Source of the DNA: Candidatus Latescibacterota bacterium
GTDB taxonomy: Bacteria > Latescibacterota > UBA2968 > GCA-2709665
NCBI GenBank assembly: GCA_963667175.2
Contig: CAXXXF010000004.1
Span: 288,001 to 352,000, forward strand
Direction of reading: 5' to 3'
Length of the DNA stretch: 64,000 bases
Part shown: piece after piece, positions 1 through 10,066 of the stretch
Numbering within the stretch: the stretch's first letter is position 1
How the letters are laid out: every line of letters begins with the position of its first letter
The notes under the pieces: model-generated
The model's input: the letters and a program-made list of their open reading frames with translations, nothing else
The model's database searches: none
Told to the model about the DNA's origin: nothing
Position numbers and translations under genes: made by a program

Positions 1-822
1 GTCGAGCAGGTCGAACCACGTGGTAACGTCCGTCCGTTTCGGCGCGGCGTTCTCGAGCGACGCCTTGAAAATCGCGCATTCCTTGATGGTCTCCGGGCCC
101 TTTCCGGAAATGCGATGGTTGAATCCGGAAATCTCACCCGAGTGTGCGCTGATATGTTCCCGAACCCAGTCCCCGAGTTCCAGGTCGTTCGGATTGAGGT
201 ACGCGGCTTCCTTGAAATCCTCCGCCGAAAATCCGAGAAAGTCCGTAATCGCCTGGTCGATGGGGCAGTTGTAGACGTACTCGCCCAGCCGACCGCCCTT
301 GTCCGCGCGGGCCTTGTCCGCCATCCGGGCAAGGCCGAAGACGCCCGCGACGTCCCGCACGTAGGGTGACCTCGGCGCCCTTTTCCCGAGGTCGACCTCC
401 CGGAAGTTTGCCCAGTCGTCCAGCTCGATGGACTGGAATACGGTCACGATATCCGTACGTCCGGGCGCGAACTGTTCGATCCGGTCTCTGAGGCGCTGTC
501 TGCCGGCATCGTCGTCGGGTTCGCGCTGGAGGTGATGCCGATTGAATGCATCGATTTCATCGTCCGTACGATCCGAAGCTTCCCGTATCCATTGACCCAG
601 ATCCGAATCGCCATATCGTCCCGCGGCATCGGCAAAGCCGTCGTGCGAGACGCCCAGAAAATCCAGCAGGATCTTGTCCAGGCCCGAATCGTCGCCGTAC
701 AGAAATTCACCCAGCGTCCGCCGGTTGTACGCGCGTGCCTTGTCCGCCATTCGCGCGAGGTTGACGACACCGGCGGTGGAGGCGTTTGACGGGCGGCGCG
801 GGGGCTGGCGTCTCAGATCCAC
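1..822 (-). CDS. Tandem DUF5069-like domain protein, 3' end outside window
   Basis: Manual translation from GTG at 822 (AAAGGA RBS): VDLRRQPPRRP..LARMADKARA..LGEFLYG, repeated as PRSPY..LARMADKARA..LGEYVYNCPID; open to position 1; absent from ORF track. Confidence 0.75.
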   Translation of the reverse strand, partial: MDLRRQPPRRPSNASTAGVVNLARMADKARAYNRRTLGEFLYGDDSGLDKILLDFLGVSHDGFADAAGRYGDSDLGQWIREASDRTDDEIDAFNRHHLQREPDDDAGRQRLRDRIEQFAPGRTDIVTVFQSIELDDWANFREVDLGKRAPRSPYVRDVAGVFGLARMADKARADKGGRLGEYVYNCPIDQAITDFLGFSAEDFKEAAYLNPNDLELGDWVREHISAHSGEISGFNHRISGKGPETIKECAIFKASLENAAPKRTDVTTWFDLLD

Positions 823-876
823 AGGCGGTTCCTTTCAAGGCAAATAGGCTGTTTCAAAAAACCTGGCGACACCTCG

Positions 877-1131
877 TTACACAGTGTGCGCAATGGCTTC
901 TGCTTCGATCTCGGCACGTTCTACAAGGTAACCTGCCGATTTTACATCCTCTATCGCCGACAGAATGGCTGCTTCCAGTGAATCACCTTCACGGCAGAAA
1001 TCAACTGAAAATACGCCGTTGCACATTCCGGGCGATCCATCGTCACATCCAGCCTCGAACAATTCGTCCGCGATCTCTACAGTCAATTCGAGCTGACCCT
1101 CTAGTATCAATGCAAACTCGTACTTTGCCAT
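877..1131 (-). CDS. HicB-like putative antitoxin lacking a C-terminal DNA-binding domain
   Basis: MAKYEFALIL..LFEAGCDDG..VDFCREGDSLEAAILSAIEDV; acidic; directly downstream of HicA-like ORF. Confidence 0.55.
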   Translation of the reverse strand: MAKYEFALILEGQLELTVEIADELFEAGCDDGSPGMCNGVFSVDFCREGDSLEAAILSAIEDVKSAGYLVERAEIEAEAIAHTV

Positions 1132-1157
1132 CGTACTAACCCTTCCTGACATACTCT

Positions 1158-1406
1158 CTAAATCACGTGGTGCGGGCACCTCTCTACGGACCGTCGGATT
1201 GCTCTGGCATGGTGTTCAGGATTCCTTGGCGTTGAGTATACGGCCTTCACACAACCGGTCCGTTCCCGCAGCGGACAAAACAACCGACCCCATGTGTGGG
1301 CGCGTGGGCCAGCTTTTCGAAAGGTCCACCCATGATACACGGCGTACGTAATTGCGTTACGAATATGCCTATTTGGGTGATCAGACAATAGTACGCAAAC
1401 CCCCAT
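1158..1406 (-). CDS. HicA-like putative toxin
   Basis: Small basic protein HPNRHIRNAI..GWTF..HTWGRLFCP..VYSTPRNP; start uncertain. Confidence 0.55.
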   Translation of the reverse strand: MGVCVLLSDHPNRHIRNAITYAVYHGWTFRKAGPRAHTWGRLFCPLRERTGCVKAVYSTPRNPEHHARAIRRSVERCPHHVI

Positions 1407-1523
1407 GCAGTGTCAAGGAATGCGGGAAGTCTCAATTGCAGCAGCAGGTTCGTTTCGCCAGGCGTCTCGGCTGAAGCCAATCGCCAGGTCGCCGCAGATA
1501 CACTTCGTGAGGCCAGTGTCCTG

Positions 1524-2366
1524 TTACGAAGTGATTGCGACCTCAACCCCTTGCCTTGGACTCAGAAGCGGACCCCGTACCCCGCGTTCGATCCTGGCGA
1601 AGGCGTCGTGGTTGTGTATGCTCTCGTTATTTCGGCTGGCAATGTCGAACCAGAGGATCCTGTCGGCATCCAGAAGACCAAAAAGGTCCATCCCGATATC
1701 CCTGACCATATCTTCGACAAATCGCGGATTGTCATACGCCCGTTCGGTCACCGCTTTTTCGTCCGGCCGCTTCAGGACGGGATAGAGTCGGCTCGAAGCG
1801 TTCGTTTCCGCGATATCGATCAGATCTTCGAACCAGATAAACTCGTCGCGAGCCGGACGAACGTCGATGGCGATTTCGGAGCGCTGGTTGTGGGCGCCGT
1901 AGTCGCTGATCTCCTTACTGCATGGACAAAGCGTCGTAACGTTCACCTTTACGCCTACAATCTTGTCGAAGGCGCCGGTTCCGGACATCATGCCTCGGAA
2001 AGTACAGTCGTAGTCCATCAAGCCCTGTTCATCGGTCACCGGCGCCCGCCGGGTAACGAAGATAGGAAATTCCATCTCGATAAAGGCTTCTGCAGCATCG
2101 AGCAGATCAAGAAGCTCCTCCAGCACCAGATGCACGGTGTCGGGTCTGAACTGATGGTTTCGCTCGTTCAGGGCGATCATAAACCTGGACATATGAGTGC
2201 CCTTCAGATAGTGCGGCAGACTCACGGTCATTGAAAGATTCGCGACTGTATTGAATTCACCGCCGGCGCGAAGGGGCAGGGTCAGCGGATAGCGCACGTT
2301 CGAGACACCCACCTGGTCGATGTCGATTCCGCGACGATCCTCGCGGTTCTGCAGATCGGGTAACAT
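1524..2366 (-). CDS. folE2: GTP cyclohydrolase FolE2
   Basis: LPDLQ, KGTHMSRF, TTLCPCSKEISDYGAHNQRS, LKRPDEK, FVED, ESIHNHDA motifs. Confidence 0.95.
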   Translation of the reverse strand: MLPDLQNREDRRGIDIDQVGVSNVRYPLTLPLRAGGEFNTVANLSMTVSLPHYLKGTHMSRFMIALNERNHQFRPDTVHLVLEELLDLLDAAEAFIEMEFPIFVTRRAPVTDEQGLMDYDCTFRGMMSGTGAFDKIVGVKVNVTTLCPCSKEISDYGAHNQRSEIAIDVRPARDEFIWFEDLIDIAETNASSRLYPVLKRPDEKAVTERAYDNPRFVEDMVRDIGMDLFGLLDADRILWFDIASRNNESIHNHDAFARIERGVRGPLLSPRQGVEVAITS

Positions 2367-2418
2367 GGTATCCTCTTCGTTATGTAGTCGCGTTTTCCTT
2401 GATGATGCCGTTTCCCGG

Positions 2419-3045
2419 CTACGTGTTCATCCGTGTAAGTGTATCGCGGTCGTTGAGATAGGGGACGGACCCGTCCAGAAAGGCCTGGAGAAGGTCGTGA
2501 GGCCTCATGTCGGACGTATCGATTTCGAATTTGCGCATGATCCAGCAGGCGGCGTACTCCGACTGGAATTCGTCCAGGATCTCCCGGACGTCCTCTCTGG
2601 GTACTATGTGATAGGTATGGCGGTCTTCCTCCATACGTCTTTCGATGACGTCGGCGCGGGCTTTAAGGTGGACCAGAATGGTGTCCTTCGGCATTTCGGC
2701 CTCCCAGGCCCTGGGCGTTTCCGAGAGCCGGCCGACAGCGGGGTAATAGTACCGTGGGCCGTAGATGTACTCCTCGATGTGAAACCCGCCCAGCAGAATG
2801 TGTTCGTACTTGTTGATCAGCCGGACGTGGTAGGCAAGCTGGAAGCGCTGGTAGCGTTCCTTGATGGCTTCGGGCAGACCCAGCATGATCCGCTGGTCGC
2901 CTTCGGTCTTGAGCATCTGGCAGTCTGGAATGCTGAAGTGATCGTCCAGGTGATGGACGATGCCCCGGTCGCGCCCCCATTGCATGAGAGCGTCGAAAAG
3001 GGTTGTCTTTCCGGTGTATTCACAGCCGATGGCGATGATGCGCAT
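2419..3045 (-). CDS. P-loop nucleotide kinase-like protein
   Basis: N-terminal Walker A GCEYTGKTT; NMP-kinase-like LVHLKA and EIDTS segments. Confidence 0.65.
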   Translation of the reverse strand: MRIIAIGCEYTGKTTLFDALMQWGRDRGIVHHLDDHFSIPDCQMLKTEGDQRIMLGLPEAIKERYQRFQLAYHVRLINKYEHILLGGFHIEEYIYGPRYYYPAVGRLSETPRAWEAEMPKDTILVHLKARADVIERRMEEDRHTYHIVPREDVREILDEFQSEYAACWIMRKFEIDTSDMRPHDLLQAFLDGSVPYLNDRDTLTRMNT

Positions 3046-3133
3046 AGTGAGGTCTCCTCAATGGCATGAAGGTTGGCGGTCGAATATGCATTAGATCAGG
3101 ATCTGTACGAAATAACGCGACGACCGGTCCGAA

Positions 3134-3883
3134 TCAGGCCCTCACCGCGTCTATGAAGGCTTTGACGCGGTTGGCATCCGTGAGCGAATGCGAGAATTCA
3201 GGAGGGCGCAACTCGCCGCCCATAAAGGCGTTGGGGTTGCGGTACGTCATCCGGCTGGAGACGCTGCTCCCGGCGGCAACGTGGATTTCACGGGCGCCTG
3301 CGCCTGCCGCCACCCTGGCGACGTTGCGTTCCGTAATTCCGCCCCCCGGCATAACCACGATCCGGTCGGCGGCCTTTTCGATCAGCTCGACGATAAGATC
3401 GATGCCTTCCAGCGCCGAAATCTCCTGGCCCGACGTAAGCGCCCTGTCCACGCCGAGCGAAATCAGGTCGTCCAGCGCCTGGTATGGGTCGGCGGTCATG
3501 TCGAACGCTCGGTGGAACGTCACCGGAAGCGGGCGGATGCGCTCGATGAGGACGCCGGTGCGCTCCACGTCCACCGATCCGTCCGGATTCAAAAGGCCGA
3601 TCACGATCCCGTCCGCGCCCGACTCCGCGGCCAGTTCGACGTCCCGCGCCATGGTTTCGAACTCGACGTCGGAATAGCAGAAGTCGCCTCCACGGGGGCG
3701 CACCATTACGTTGAGTCCGATATCGATGTGCTTCCGGGCGACCTGAACGGCGCCCGCGCTGGGCGTGGTGCCGCCTTCGATCAAATTGTCGCACAATTCC
3801 ACGCGATGTGCGCCGCCTTCCTGCGCCGCGATGGCGCCTTGCGGGGAACCGACGCAGATTTCAAAGAGAACTGACGGGTTCAA
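3134..3883 (-). CDS. cutC: Copper homeostasis protein CutC
   Basis: EICV, RVELC..EGGTTPS, MVRPRGGDF, TFHRAFD, LTSG, MPGGG motifs. Confidence 0.95.
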   Translation of the reverse strand: MNPSVLFEICVGSPQGAIAAQEGGAHRVELCDNLIEGGTTPSAGAVQVARKHIDIGLNVMVRPRGGDFCYSDVEFETMARDVELAAESGADGIVIGLLNPDGSVDVERTGVLIERIRPLPVTFHRAFDMTADPYQALDDLISLGVDRALTSGQEISALEGIDLIVELIEKAADRIVVMPGGGITERNVARVAAGAGAREIHVAAGSSVSSRMTYRNPNAFMGGELRPPEFSHSLTDANRVKAFIDAVRA

Positions 3884-3954
3884 TTTCCACCTCCCGGCGT
3901 GACGTCTTGAGTCGGTCGCAATCCGGACAGAAGGCCCAGGCCCGTCGCCGGCGG

Positions 3955-6900
3955 TTATGCGATATACCCGAATTCCATATCGTCCACCCGCAGGACCTGA
4001 TCCGGTTCTCCTCCTCTATCGAACGCAATAGACACGGTTGTATAGCCCGGTTGGATGTCCAGTTCCGCCCGGTACTCCGTCCACGCCTCGCAGGGGCGGA
4101 CCGGAACCACGAGATGCGTTCCCTGCTGACCCGACACGGAAACCTGCGCGTGGGTGGCGAAACCCCGGGCCTTGAACCGCAGGTGATAGCGACCGGGCGA
4201 CCGCAGACGCATGGGGCGGCTCTTGAGCGAAATGGGGTCGCGGGGTCTCGTGAACTTCAGGCAGGCGCTCCCCTCCGCTGCATCCTCGGTACTCCACGCC
4301 GGCCAGCCGGGATCGTGCGTGCGGGGATGCTGCACGTTCCAGTAACGGGGCGGGTAATCCACGATGCCGGCTTCGAAGCCGCCGTTGCAGAGCAGGTTGA
4401 CGAGTTTACCCTTGTGGCTCTCAACGAGAGATGCCCGGAGATTCGGTCGACAATCGGGCGGGTAGCGGACGAATATTTCCGTTCCCTCTCTCAGGCAGGC
4501 CGTGACACGGCCATTCCCTCGCGCGCTCAAGTCCGGGTCCCACCGGTCCTGGACGAGCACCTCTGTGTCTTCCGCGACGAGTTCATAGACACCCGGCTCC
4601 CGCGGACTGATCTCGGCAAAGGCGATGATGTCGCCGTTGTCCGCGACAGCGGCCTCCAGACTCAGCGACACTTCGCCGGCGCCGTCGTTCAGCATCATCA
4701 GGAGCGAACGCGGGGAGGCCGCGAGATCCGTGACCGGGTCAATCCACAGAACGGATTCGCCCGCGTTGTTCAATTCGACTTCGACCTTACCTTCGCGCCA
4801 TCTGAAGTCAACCGGTTTCGCGCTTCCCGGCCGATCCGGCGTCGACGCGACCACGGCGCGTGGTGCATCGGGGAGGTGGATGGCGAGGCGCACGGCTTCC
4901 CGGTGCCTGACCTGGACCTGCGCACGGGCGCTTCGCAGGTCGTAACTCGCGGCGGCATCGCAAGCCGCATCGGCCACCAGGAGGTCTTTGCCTTCCAGGG
5001 TGAGCCGTTTTCCGCCATGAAGCAGCCATCGTTGAAGCCGATTCCTGCGACGGCGGACGTTGACGATCCGGGCGTCCGACCGAATACCCGCGCCTTCAAT
5101 CGCGCCGCGTCTTCCGTCACGGTACAGGACGCATTCGGACGCGTTACCGGATCGAAAGCCGACACCTTCTCCGCCGGCTGCTTCCACGGGTCGGACGTCG
5201 TCAACTCCCGGTCCTCCCGTTTTGGTGTACGTATGCAGGACCGAGATGATCTGCGCGGTCGGACTCCTCTCAGTGGTCACCCGGATGTTCCATTGCTGGG
5301 GAAAGGCTTCGGTGAAACGGCACCAGTCCCGGGTTTTCAATGGAAACGGACGGTCGTTGTCCTGCGTGTACCTCAGGGGGCCGCCCGCCAGGTGACGGAC
5401 CAGGAGGCGCTGGTCCCGCTGCCGGACGGTCATGCTTCGGCCGCTCTCGTCTATTTCCGCCCGTTCGAAGGTGTTGAGCGTCCAGGCGTATTCGCGGGGT
5501 TCGGAAGCCTCGAGATCGTCACAGACGACAAAGACGTCGGGTCGGATGAAGAGGACCTGGCGCCGGAACTTTTGCAGCAGTTCCCCATACGCGCCAGAAG
5601 CGTCTCCCGTGAAGACACAGGCATCGTGCGTGTTGAAAAAGGCCGTTATCTTTCCCTTGTGGGCAATGCCCCGGCGCTGACTCTCGCCATCGACGAGGAT
5701 GGAATTGTGCGCCTGTGTGGTCCGGCTCCACCGGGAATGGTAGGTATCCCCGGAATAGGTGTAATAGCCCGCATCGCAGCAGAGGATCTCGCCCCCGGCG
5801 TGGAGGACGAAGCCGTTCTGGTCCTGGTGGGCGTGGCTGTGATCCCCCCATGGACTGCTTCTGAAGAAGATGCGGCTGCTTCCGTGGTCGTAGAACCGGT
5901 CGAACGCGGCGAGTTGCCCGACGTCGGGAAACAGGCGGGCCTGCGCGATATCCACGGGTGGGCGGGACGGAACGCCGCTGTCGGAGAGATACTGGAGCGG
6001 GAGATGGACCGGGTTGCAGACCCGGGAATCGCTCCACCACTTGACCGCGGGATCTCCGGTCATCGCGGACAGAAAGGCGGAGACGTACGTATCGGCGTCG
6101 CTGCCGAAATTGGGGTCGATCAGGGAATAGCAGTCTCCCCAGTGGTTCCACCAGTAATTGAGGGACATGCAGTACAACCAGAATGCGCCGGAATTCCGCC
6201 ATCGGGGTTCGCGGAAGACGTCCAGACCCGTTGAGGACCTGAGGGCGGCGAGGGCTTCCAGGATGAATTGAATCTTATGGCCGTATTTCTGCCCTTCGGT
6301 ATACCCGCCGTCCACGCTTCCCCACGCAATCCGGTTGACGTACTGGCGTATGAGATAGTCGGCCCATTCCCGGGTTCTGTCGGATTCGGTCGCAGTGGCC
6401 AGGACCGTGGGCAGCAGCGCATGCATGCACTGCTGACCGTGAGAATTCTGATAATTCAGGTGGATCTGAAGCCCGTCTCTGAGCCACGCGTAAGCGGCTT
6501 CGCAGTGGAACTCGATGTGCGCCAGAACAAGCGCGCGTTCCTCCGGTTCAAGCAGAGCGTACAGCCGATCGTAAGCCAGCGCCGTCCCCTTCAGGCCGAA
6601 CTCGTAGCAGTAAACGACCGTGTCGTGCTGCCCGCGGTCCTCAAGGTGGATGTCAACGCGGAAATGCGAAAGAAAAGCCAACCAGCGTCTCGCTGCCGCG
6701 GCGTACTTTTCGTCGCCGGAGACCAGGTACGCAAAGGAAAGTGCATTGGCGTAATCCGCGCCTCTCTTGAGTCCGGCAATCTGGCAGTTTGCCGGAAACG
6801 TGACACGGTCGTCCTTCAAATGAAAGACCTGTCCGCGACGTTCGCCGAGGTCCGGCGGCACGGATTGAAGGTTCAGTCGCGGCGGTTCGCTCTGAATCAG

Positions 6901-7377
6901 GGCGTCGGCCCGGTGTTTGAGGTGGCGCCAGGCCTCACGCGCCGGTCCATGCCTTCGTGCGCGGAACTCGTCAAGGGTGTCCGGGGTCACAAAGATGCGG
7001 GGGTGGTCCGGCATCTCGTCGAGGATGCGCTCCGTCGGGGGTACGGGAAGCGAGACGGATTCGGACGTGATGTGAAAGCTCCGGACAGGACCGGGTCGGG
7101 ATTGCTCACCCTCGGGCGTAATCGCGAAGTAACGCCAGTACCATGTACCGCTGTCGAGTTCGATTGACGGGTTATGGAACGGCATGTCGATGCCCGCGCT
7201 GCGGATGACCTCACCCCGGAAGCCGGAATTCCTGCAGATCTCCACGACGTACGTGGCGGCCCTGTCGTCCGCGCGCCAGATCAGGGCCGGGGGATTCTGG
7301 ATCGCGGCGGAACCGTCGGCCGGTGTGATCGGGGGATGGCGGTCCGGCGGCGGCGAGGTATCGACTGCAAAACCCAT
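3955..7377 (-). CDS. DUF4962 / heparinase II/III-like polysaccharide lyase with C-terminal CBM-like domain
   Basis: QNPP..W N-terminus, HPRIF, SHAHQDQNGF, CDAGYY, TQAHNSILVDG; C-terminal NLLCNGGFE; start placed at MGFAV. Confidence 0.8.
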   Translation of the reverse strand: MGFAVDTSPPPDRHPPITPADGSAAIQNPPALIWRADDRAATYVVEICRNSGFRGEVIRSAGIDMPFHNPSIELDSGTWYWRYFAITPEGEQSRPGPVRSFHITSESVSLPVPPTERILDEMPDHPRIFVTPDTLDEFRARRHGPAREAWRHLKHRADALIQSEPPRLNLQSVPPDLGERRGQVFHLKDDRVTFPANCQIAGLKRGADYANALSFAYLVSGDEKYAAAARRWLAFLSHFRVDIHLEDRGQHDTVVYCYEFGLKGTALAYDRLYALLEPEERALVLAHIEFHCEAAYAWLRDGLQIHLNYQNSHGQQCMHALLPTVLATATESDRTREWADYLIRQYVNRIAWGSVDGGYTEGQKYGHKIQFILEALAALRSSTGLDVFREPRWRNSGAFWLYCMSLNYWWNHWGDCYSLIDPNFGSDADTYVSAFLSAMTGDPAVKWWSDSRVCNPVHLPLQYLSDSGVPSRPPVDIAQARLFPDVGQLAAFDRFYDHGSSRIFFRSSPWGDHSHAHQDQNGFVLHAGGEILCCDAGYYTYSGDTYHSRWSRTTQAHNSILVDGESQRRGIAHKGKITAFFNTHDACVFTGDASGAYGELLQKFRRQVLFIRPDVFVVCDDLEASEPREYAWTLNTFERAEIDESGRSMTVRQRDQRLLVRHLAGGPLRYTQDNDRPFPLKTRDWCRFTEAFPQQWNIRVTTERSPTAQIISVLHTYTKTGGPGVDDVRPVEAAGGEGVGFRSGNASECVLYRDGRRGAIEGAGIRSDARIVNVRRRRNRLQRWLLHGGKRLTLEGKDLLVADAACDAAASYDLRSARAQVQVRHREAVRLAIHLPDAPRAVVASTPDRPGSAKPVDFRWREGKVEVELNNAGESVLWIDPVTDLAASPRSLLMMLNDGAGEVSLSLEAAVADNGDIIAFAEISPREPGVYELVAEDTEVLVQDRWDPDLSARGNGRVTACLREGTEIFVRYPPDCRPNLRASLVESHKGKLVNLLCNGGFEAGIVDYPPRYWNVQHPRTHDPGWPAWSTEDAAEGSACLKFTRPRDPISLKSRPMRLRSPGRYHLRFKARGFATHAQVSVSGQQGTHLVVPVRPCEAWTEYRAELDIQPGYTTVSIAFDRGGEPDQVLRVDDMEFGYIA

Positions 7378-7631
7378 ACGCGGGGTTCCTTCCTGGTAAA
7401 TTGACGATGTTCGCCGCACAATATACCAAGCCGTCCGGTCTACGGGCAAGCACCTTGACATGCCGTTCGGGTCGGGCTATCTTTGTACTGGAGGCGCAAT
7501 CGAGAAGTGCGTTTCTCACGCCGGGTGTGTCCCGACCGCGCGAGGGAACGCCTCGTTTCGCTGCCTGTCCGCTTCCGTACGTGAGGACGGTTTCCCCGGA
7601 TCTGCTTCTTTGTTGACCGAAGGAGACGCTT

Positions 7632-8312
7632 ATGCGACAGTTTCAATGGCCGGTAATTGCATTCGTCACGCTCTGGGTTGCCGGGTGCAGCGCACGGGAC
7701 CCCATCCAGGAAATGCGGAAGAGCCTGGCAAACGCGCCCGAGTATATGATCATACTGGAAGACATGAGGGAGGCAGGGACCTTCTCTACGGATTACTACC
7801 ATAAGTATACGGTGGTCCAGGGCGAACGGCGGCGCACGACGGATTGGATTGAGGTGTCCCATGAGGTCTATCGGAAGTACCGTCCATTTCTCGGCATGGC
7901 CATCGTGGCCAAGTCGGACCAGGGCGTGAACGACACGCCCCACCCGCCCGGATACCACTACGTCGGGAACCCGCATTACGGCCACTGGGGTGGCGGCGGG
8001 AGCTTCTGGGTGTTCTACGGACAGTACGCGTTGATGCGGGACTTGATGGGCGGGGGTTTCGGGCGGCAGATTTACCGGAACGACTATGACGACTATCGCA
8101 ACAGCCGCGATCGGCGGCGGCCGTACTATGGGCGCAACCGCGAGTACGGCACTGAAGGGTCGGTCACGAAGAGGCAAAGGCCGGGGTTTTACAAGCGCCG
8201 GCAACAGGCGACGGCAAACAGGCAGCGGTCCTTCTCCCAGAGGGTCCGGGACCGGTCCGGTCGCAACAGGTCGGGCTTTGGCAGCCGCAGCGGAGGGAGG
8301 TTTGGAAAATGA
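7632..8312 (+). CDS. Lipoprotein with Arg/Ser/Gly-rich tail, typical of DUF350/PspA clusters
   Basis: Lipobox VAGC; PPGYHYVGNPHYGHW..SFWVFYGQYA; ATGA overlap with next gene. Confidence 0.75.
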   Translation: MRQFQWPVIAFVTLWVAGCSARDPIQEMRKSLANAPEYMIILEDMREAGTFSTDYYHKYTVVQGERRRTTDWIEVSHEVYRKYRPFLGMAIVAKSDQGVNDTPHPPGYHYVGNPHYGHWGGGGSFWVFYGQYALMRDLMGGGFGRQIYRNDYDDYRNSRDRRRPYYGRNREYGTEGSVTKRQRPGFYKRRQQATANRQRSFSQRVRDRSGRNRSGFGSRSGGRFGK

Positions 8313-9154
8313 CGTTGGACAACTTGATGGAATCGGGGATTTACCTTGTCTGCGCGTACCTGCTGTTTTGGATCGGAAAACTGGTGTACGACTGGACCAC
8401 GCCGAGCTACCGGGTGAAAGAGGAGCTTGTCGAAAAGGACAATACGGCGCTTTCTGTAGCGATCATGGGGTACTTTTTCGGACTGGTGATGGCCATCGGA
8501 GGGGTGATTTCCGGACCGTCACATGGACTTGAGCTTGACCTGATCGACGTACTCATTTACGGCCCGTTGTCGATCGTGCTGATGAACCTGTCCCGGATCA
8601 TCAACGACCGGTTGATCCTGCACCAGTTCTCCGTTCGCGATGAAATTATCAGGGATCAGAATTCGGGGACCGGCGCCGTTGTATGCGCCTCGTACATCGC
8701 CACCGGTCTGGTGATTTTCGGCGCCGTTTCCGGCGAACTGGGCGGCCTGGGCACAACGCTCGCGTTCTGGGTGCTGGGGCAGGCGGCTCTGGTATTGGCC
8801 GGAATCGTCTACAACTGGGCGACGCCGTACGACCTGCATAAGGAAATCGAACGGGACAACGCGGCGGCAGGCGTGGCGTTCGCCGGCGCGTTGGTGGGCA
8901 TCGGCATTGTCGTGCGGCACGCTGTTGCGGGAGACTTTATTTCATGGACGACGAGCCTGCAGGACTTCGCGCTCGAGGTGGTCATCGGACTGGCCCTGCT
9001 GCTGCTGGTGCGTGTAGCCACGGACAAGATCCTGTTGCCGGGCCTGAATCTGTCGGCTGAGATTTCAGATCCCGAAAAGCCGCACCTGGGCGCCGGATTT
9101 ATCGAAGCGTTCTCATACGTGGGCGCGTCGCTGCTGATCGTGTGGGCATTATAG
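8309..9154 (+). CDS. Tandem DUF350 membrane protein
   Basis: Repeated EELVEKDNTA / EIIRDQNSG / EIERDNAAAG motifs between TM helices. Confidence 0.85.
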   Translation: MTLDNLMESGIYLVCAYLLFWIGKLVYDWTTPSYRVKEELVEKDNTALSVAIMGYFFGLVMAIGGVISGPSHGLELDLIDVLIYGPLSIVLMNLSRIINDRLILHQFSVRDEIIRDQNSGTGAVVCASYIATGLVIFGAVSGELGGLGTTLAFWVLGQAALVLAGIVYNWATPYDLHKEIERDNAAAGVAFAGALVGIGIVVRHAVAGDFISWTTSLQDFALEVVIGLALLLLVRVATDKILLPGLNLSAEISDPEKPHLGAGFIEAFSYVGASLLIVWAL

Positions 9155-9237
9155 TGCTCGGTCCCGGTAATTTCCCACCATTTGGTCGAACTCAGGCAAC
9201 CTGTTCCGGAGACCGAACACTGTAGGAAACGGCTGCG

Positions 9238-10038
9238 ATGGGAAACCGCCTGAACGATAAGGTCGCGATCGTGACGGGGGCCGGTTCGGTCGGACCCGGA
9301 TGGGGTAACGGCAAGGCGGCGGCCGTTCTCTTCGCGCGAGAAGGCGCCCGCGTATTCGCCGCGGATATCAATTCGGACGCGGCGGCGGAGACCCGCGACC
9401 TGATCGCGGGTGAGGGAGGGGACTGTACGGCTCACACGGCGGACGTATCGAGGTCGGAAGACGTCGAGACCCTGGTCGCCGGATGCATAGACACGTACGA
9501 CCGAATCGATGTCCTGCACAATAACGTCGGTATTCTCCAGGTGGGCGGGTGCGCCGAACTCAGCGAGGAAACCTGGGATCGCGTGGTTGACGTGAATCTC
9601 AAGAGCATGTTTCTGACCTGCAAGCACGTGCTTCCGCATATGGAACGCCAGGGGGGAGGGGCGATCGTGAATATCTCTTCGATCACCTCCATCCGCTGGC
9701 TGGGCGTGCCCTATGTTTCCTACAGCGCGTCCAAGGGTGGGGTGAATCAGCTGACCCAGAGTATCGCCATGCAGTACGCGAAGAAAAACATCCGCGCCAA
9801 TACCATATTGCCGGGATTCATGAATACGCCGATGGTGGCGAAATCACTGGCCGAGTTCTACGCGGAAGGCGACGTCGAGAGAATGATCGAGATTCGCGAC
9901 AGTCAGTGTCCGATGGGCAGGATGGGCGATGCCTGGGACGTGGCCTACGCGGCCCTGTATCTGGCTTCGGACGAGGCGAAATACGTCACAGGCGCCGAAC
10001 TCGTCGTGGATGGCGGATTGACGTGTAAAGCCGTCTGA
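9238..10038 (+). CDS. SDR family oxidoreductase
   Basis: VAIVTGAG..GNG, NNVG, YSASK, DGG motifs. Confidence 0.93.
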   Translation: MGNRLNDKVAIVTGAGSVGPGWGNGKAAAVLFAREGARVFAADINSDAAAETRDLIAGEGGDCTAHTADVSRSEDVETLVAGCIDTYDRIDVLHNNVGILQVGGCAELSEETWDRVVDVNLKSMFLTCKHVLPHMERQGGGAIVNISSITSIRWLGVPYVSYSASKGGVNQLTQSIAMQYAKKNIRANTILPGFMNTPMVAKSLAEFYAEGDVERMIEIRDSQCPMGRMGDAWDVAYAALYLASDEAKYVTGAELVVDGGLTCKAV

Positions 10039-10066
10039 TGTTCTGACCCGGACAGAAGAAACGGGT

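Noticed and set aside
3808-6234. 808-aa plus-strand ORF
   Set aside because: Antisense shadow of the lyase gene in GC-rich DNA; no recognisable motifs
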